From: Acidimicrobiia bacterium
Lineage (GTDB): Bacteria > Actinomycetota > Acidimicrobiia > Spongiisociales > Spongiisociaceae
DNA length: 10,160 bases
Direction of reading: 5' to 3'
NCBI GenBank assembly: GCA_041576165.1
Contig: JBFGLM010000095.1
Coordinates: 1 to 10,160 of the forward strand
The translations under genes and the position numbers were made by a program. This document shows positions 6,863 through 10,160 of the stretch, piece after piece. The notes beneath the pieces were generated by a model, which saw only the letters and a program-made list of their open reading frames with translations, ran no database searches and was not told where the DNA came from. Within the stretch, counting starts at the first letter, position 1. The number at the start of each line of letters is the position of its first letter.

Positions 6863-7561
6863 GTGACCAGCACCGTGCCCAAGCTCCGTGCCGCATTGCA
6901 GGGCCGCCCACCGCATCTGCGAGTGGAGCAGGAGCTGTGGTCGGCCGGTGCCGCATATGTCGTGGGTGTCGACGAAGTCGGCCGGGGGGCCTGGGCGGGA
7001 CCGATCAGCGTGGGGGCCGCGATCGTTCCCCAGAACCGCAGGATCTACAAGCTGCGCGACTCCAAGATGTTGACTGAGGAGGAACGGGAGGCCCTGTTCT
7101 CCCGGGTCGCGGGATGGTGCGAGCGCTGGGCGGTGGGGCACGCGTCGGCGGACGAGTGCGATGAGCTGGGCATGTCCGAAGCGCAGCGGATCGCTGCGAC
7201 TCGCGCCCTGGCCGGTCTGGGCGTGGAGGCGGATCGCGTACTGCTCGACGGCAAATGGGATTTCGTGGACCGGGGAACCACCATCAAGATCGTGCGGGGT
7301 GACGCCACTTCGCTCTCCATCTCGGCGGCATCGATCCTGGCCAAGGTCACTCGCGACCGGCTGATGCGGGACGCCGCCCGCCACTACGACCTGTACAACT
7401 TCGCCGCCAACAAGGGGTACCCATGCCCCCACCACAAGGCCGCCTTGCAGGCCTGGGGTCCCTCTGCGATCCACCGGCGTAGCTGGGTGTTCATGGACCA
7501 CATACCCTGGACCGGCGTTCCCCGTTACGTGCGGGACGATCCCCAGGGTGTCCTCTTCTGA
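6863..7561 (+). CDS. rnhB: Ribonuclease HII
   Basis: GVDEVGRGAWAGP, LRDSK, LLDG, RGD..SISAASILAKVTRD, KGYP and IHRRSW. Start trimmed from 6650 to GTG 6863, which removes the overlap with the ALDH gene and fits the -10 element. Confidence 0.96.
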   Translation: MTSTVPKLRAALQGRPPHLRVEQELWSAGAAYVVGVDEVGRGAWAGPISVGAAIVPQNRRIYKLRDSKMLTEEEREALFSRVAGWCERWAVGHASADECDELGMSEAQRIAATRALAGLGVEADRVLLDGKWDFVDRGTTIKIVRGDATSLSISAASILAKVTRDRLMRDAARHYDLYNFAANKGYPCPHHKAALQAWGPSAIHRRSWVFMDHIPWTGVPRYVRDDPQGVLF

Positions 7562-7586
7562 GTCCGGGAAGGCCCCGTTCCGGTGA

Positions 7587-8384
7587 TCAGGTGAGCTCGG
7601 CCAGAAATCCGGCTAGGGCGTCTATCACGCCGTCGGGTTTCTCGAGCATCATCGAATGCCCGGTGCCCTCGAGTACCACAGTCTGAGGGTTCATCACTTT
7701 CTGGAGGGGGGTCGCGTGCGAAGGACGCGTCATCAGGTCGGCCGCGCCCAGGATGATCAGCGTGGGCGCCTGCACCGAGCGGGCGGCTTCGGGGGCGCGG
7801 TCGTACGCCGCACACGCGGCCAGGTCGTTGGCGAGCACCCCCGGCTGGCTCCGTTCGAGCAACCGCATGGTGGCCCCGCTCATCCAAATCCCTGGAGTCT
7901 GATTTCCGCCGCGCCGGCCGGCCGGACTGTGCGACCAGCCTGTGATCAGCTCGTAAGCCCGATGATCGTTGGCCCGGGCGGCGGCGAGCAGATCGGGATG
8001 TACCTGCATGGCCGCAGTGGTCCCCAGCAACGCCAGGCTGGTCACGCGGTCAGAGTGGGAGGCGGCCGCCTCGAGGGTGATGAGCGAACCCATGGAGTGC
8101 CCTACTAGATGCGCCTGCTCCCGACCGAGCGCGTCGAGCAAGCCGATGATCCACTTGGCGTAGCCCTCGATCGAGTCCGGCGGCGGTCCCGCCGACCCGC
8201 CATGCCCGGGCAGGTCCGGCGCAACGACCGCGTAGCCGTGGTGGGCGAAGTATCGGGTCTGGAGCTGCCAGGCGGTGCGATCGTTACCGGCACCATGAAC
8301 GAAGAGCACGAGGGGCAGACTTGGATCGGGGTCTCTGCCGCCCGTGGTTGCGAGGACGGTTCTGCCGTCGACCGTCAGGCGCAT
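7587..8384 (-). CDS. Alpha/beta fold serine hydrolase
   Basis: FVHGAG, PDLPGHG, nucleophile elbow GHSMG, GAADLMT (acid) and GTGH (His). Its ATG overlaps the upstream stop (TGATG). Confidence 0.93.
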   Translation of the reverse strand: MRLTVDGRTVLATTGGRDPDPSLPLVLFVHGAGNDRTAWQLQTRYFAHHGYAVVAPDLPGHGGSAGPPPDSIEGYAKWIIGLLDALGREQAHLVGHSMGSLITLEAAASHSDRVTSLALLGTTAAMQVHPDLLAAARANDHRAYELITGWSHSPAGRRGGNQTPGIWMSGATMRLLERSQPGVLANDLAACAAYDRAPEAARSVQAPTLIILGAADLMTRPSHATPLQKVMNPQTVVLEGTGHSMMLEKPDGVIDALAGFLAELT

Positions 8385-9676
8385 CAGCGTTGGGAAGCCT
8401 TGAGCCCGGCGCGCAGGTCGTCGATGAGGTCGCCCGGATCCTCCAGACCGATCGAGAGCCGCACGAGGTCCTCACCCACGCCGGCCCGGACGAGCTGGTC
8501 AGCGCTCATCGTCGAGTGGGTGGTGCTGGCCGGGTGGATCACCAAAGACCGGGCATCACCCACGTTTGCGAGGTGGGAGAAGATCTCGAGGCGTTCGATG
8601 AACTCCCTGCCGGCCTCGCGACCACCCTTGATGCCGAACGAGAAAATGGAACCGCAACCCTTGGGGAGCAGCTTCTTGGCCCGTTCGTGATCGGGATGGT
8701 CTTCGAGCTCTGGGTAGCTGATCCACTCCACTGCGTCGGAGGATCGAAGGAACTCCACGACCTTTCTGGTGTTGGCGACGTGGCGATCCATCCGCAGCGA
8801 GAGGGTTTCGATGCCCTGCAGAATATAGAAGGCGTTCTGGGGTGACAGCGGAGCTCCAAAATCCCGCAGCCCCTCGACCCGGGCCCGGGTGATGAAGGCT
8901 TGGGTGCCGAACTCCTCGGTGAACCGCAGGCCGTGGTAGCTGGGATATGGCTCGGTCAGGGTCGGGAACTTGCCCGAGGCCTCCCAGTCGAAGATCCCGC
9001 CGTCGACCAGAGCACCGCCGATCGCCACCCCATGCCCGCCCATGAACTTGGTGATGGAATGGTGAACCAGATCGACCCCCCAGTCGTGCGGTCGGAATAG
9101 ATGGGGAGTGGCAAACGTGTTGTCGATCACGAAGGGAATTCCGGCGTCATGGGCAATCTCGGCGATCGCTTCGATCTCCATGACTTCCAGGCCCGGATTT
9201 CCCAACGTCTCGCCGAACACCATCCGGGTCTCCGGGCGGATGGCGTGGCGGAACCCATCGGTGTCGCGCGGCTTGACGAACGTCGTTTCGATCCCGAAAC
9301 GGGGCAGCGTCTGACTGAACAGGTTGTTGGAGCCCCCGTAGAGGGACGCCGAGGAGACGATGTGTCCGCCGCTACCCATGAGAGTAGACACGGCCAACCA
9401 CAGTGCGGCCATCCCGCTGGCGGTGGCGATCGAGCCGACGCCTCCTTCGAGCGCCGCGATCCGTTCCTCGAGCACCGCCACTGTCGGGTTGGAGATTCGG
9501 GAGTAGATGTGGCCCTGGCGTTCCAGATTGAAGAGACCGGCCGCGTGCTCGACGTCCCGAAAGAGGTATGAGGTCGTCTGATAGATGGGGACGGCGCGGG
9601 CACCAAAGTCCGAATCTGGGCTGTGCCCACCATGCAGGCTCAAGGTGTCGAATCCGAGCTTCTCGGGCTCTACCAC
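8384..9676 (-). CDS. metY: O-acetylhomoserine aminocarboxypropyltransferase/sulfhydrylase (MetY family, PLP-dependent)
   Basis: PIYQTTS, YSRISNPT, ASGMAA, LYGGS, DNTFATP, HSITKFMGGHG (PLP Lys), HLANVGDARSLVIHPASTTH and RLSIGLED. GTG 9676 has AAGGAG 9 nt upstream; TTG 9694 is an alternative start. Confidence 0.93.
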   Translation of the reverse strand: MVEPEKLGFDTLSLHGGHSPDSDFGARAVPIYQTTSYLFRDVEHAAGLFNLERQGHIYSRISNPTVAVLEERIAALEGGVGSIATASGMAALWLAVSTLMGSGGHIVSSASLYGGSNNLFSQTLPRFGIETTFVKPRDTDGFRHAIRPETRMVFGETLGNPGLEVMEIEAIAEIAHDAGIPFVIDNTFATPHLFRPHDWGVDLVHHSITKFMGGHGVAIGGALVDGGIFDWEASGKFPTLTEPYPSYHGLRFTEEFGTQAFITRARVEGLRDFGAPLSPQNAFYILQGIETLSLRMDRHVANTRKVVEFLRSSDAVEWISYPELEDHPDHERAKKLLPKGCGSIFSFGIKGGREAGREFIERLEIFSHLANVGDARSLVIHPASTTHSTMSADQLVRAGVGEDLVRLSIGLEDPGDLIDDLRAGLKASQR

Positions 9677-9708
9677 GTCACCACACTCCTTCAATCCGGT
9701 GACCCTCC

Positions 9709-9714
9709 ACGTTA
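9709..9714 (-). promoter_or_regulatory. Putative -10 element (TAACGT) of the metY-hydrolase operon
   Basis: TANNNT hexamer about 32 nt upstream of GTG 9676, giving a short SD-containing leader. Confidence 0.45.
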
Positions 9715-9732
9715 ACGGCCGCCGCTCGCAGC

Positions 9733-9738
9733 TACACT
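9733..9738 (+). promoter_or_regulatory. Putative -10 element (TACACT) of the amino-acid binding protein gene
   Basis: TACACT about 52 nt upstream of ATG 9791; GGAGG SD at 9778-9782. Confidence 0.5.
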
Positions 9739-9790
9739 CGCGCCATCCCCTTGCCCCCTGAGGCGAGGTGCAGCTATGGAGGAAGCAGTC

Positions 9791-10160
9791 ATGAAGAATT
9801 GGATGAGAATCCTCGGGCTCGTGCTCGTGGTGGGTCTCATCGCCGCGGCCTGCGGAGGCGGTGAAGACACCGGGGAGGGTGTCGATGCCACCGACGCGCC
9901 GGCCACGACGGCGGCACCCGAGACGACGGCGGCACCCGATGAGGGCACCGCCTTGCCCGACTTGGGTGGGCGTGAGGTCACGGTCGGTGTCGAGAACGCG
10001 TATCTCCCGTTCAACTACCTCCTGCCGGGTGAAACCGAGGGTCAGGGATGGGACTACGACGCCTGGGCGGCGATCTGTGACCTGTTGAACTGTGTCCCGG
10101 TCATGACCGAGGCCGGGTGGCCGGCGGTCATCGATGAAGTGGCGCAGGGTCAGTTGGACG
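9791..10160 (+). CDS. Polar amino-acid ABC transporter substrate-binding lipoprotein (family 3), 3' end beyond the window
   Basis: Not in the ORF track; translated by hand: MKNWMRILGLVLVVGLIAAAC (lipobox), a linker, then LPDLGGREVTVGVENAYLPFNY...GWDYDAWAAICDLLNC...WPAVIDEVAQGQLD. Strong SD. Confidence 0.9.
   Translation, partial: MKNWMRILGLVLVVGLIAAACGGGEDTGEGVDATDAPATTAAPETTAAPDEGTALPDLGGREVTVGVENAYLPFNYLLPGETEGQGWDYDAWAAICDLLNCVPVMTEAGWPAVIDEVAQGQLD
9905..9939 (+). repeat. Tandem repeat with 18-bp period (ACGACGGCGGCACCCGA x2) encoding the TTAAPE/TTAAPD linker
   Basis: Two identical 17-mers at 9905-9921 and 9923-9939, in frame within the lipoprotein tether. Confidence 0.75.

Noticed and set aside
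2105-7561. mug, NERD and rnhB as a DNA-repair cluster
   Set aside because: Different orientations, separate putative promoters and unrelated genes in between; proximity is probably incidental.

Overview
High-GC window, probably actinobacterial (Acidimicrobiia-like by inference from its lipoprotein signal peptides, TTAAP linkers and TANNNT leaderless promoters). It holds 12 densely packed protein genes. In order: CapA-family lipoprotein (-, truncated by the left edge); orphan PotD-like binding lipoprotein (+); Mug DNA glycosylase (-); hypothetical protein (+); then on the minus strand a bPH_2 membrane protein, an unlisted 52-aa membrane protein, a membrane-anchored NERD nuclease and an aldehyde dehydrogenase; RNase HII (+); an alpha/beta hydrolase coupled to a MetY-family PLP enzyme (-); and a family-3 amino-acid binding lipoprotein (+, truncated by the right edge). 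I saw no RNA genes, CRISPR arrays or mobile elements. Most content is ordinary. The best candidates for something uncharacterised are the NERD/52-aa/bPH_2 membrane cluster, the PotD homologue with a remodelled ligand pocket, and the MetY-hydrolase pair. Family calls come from recalled motifs; no database search was run.
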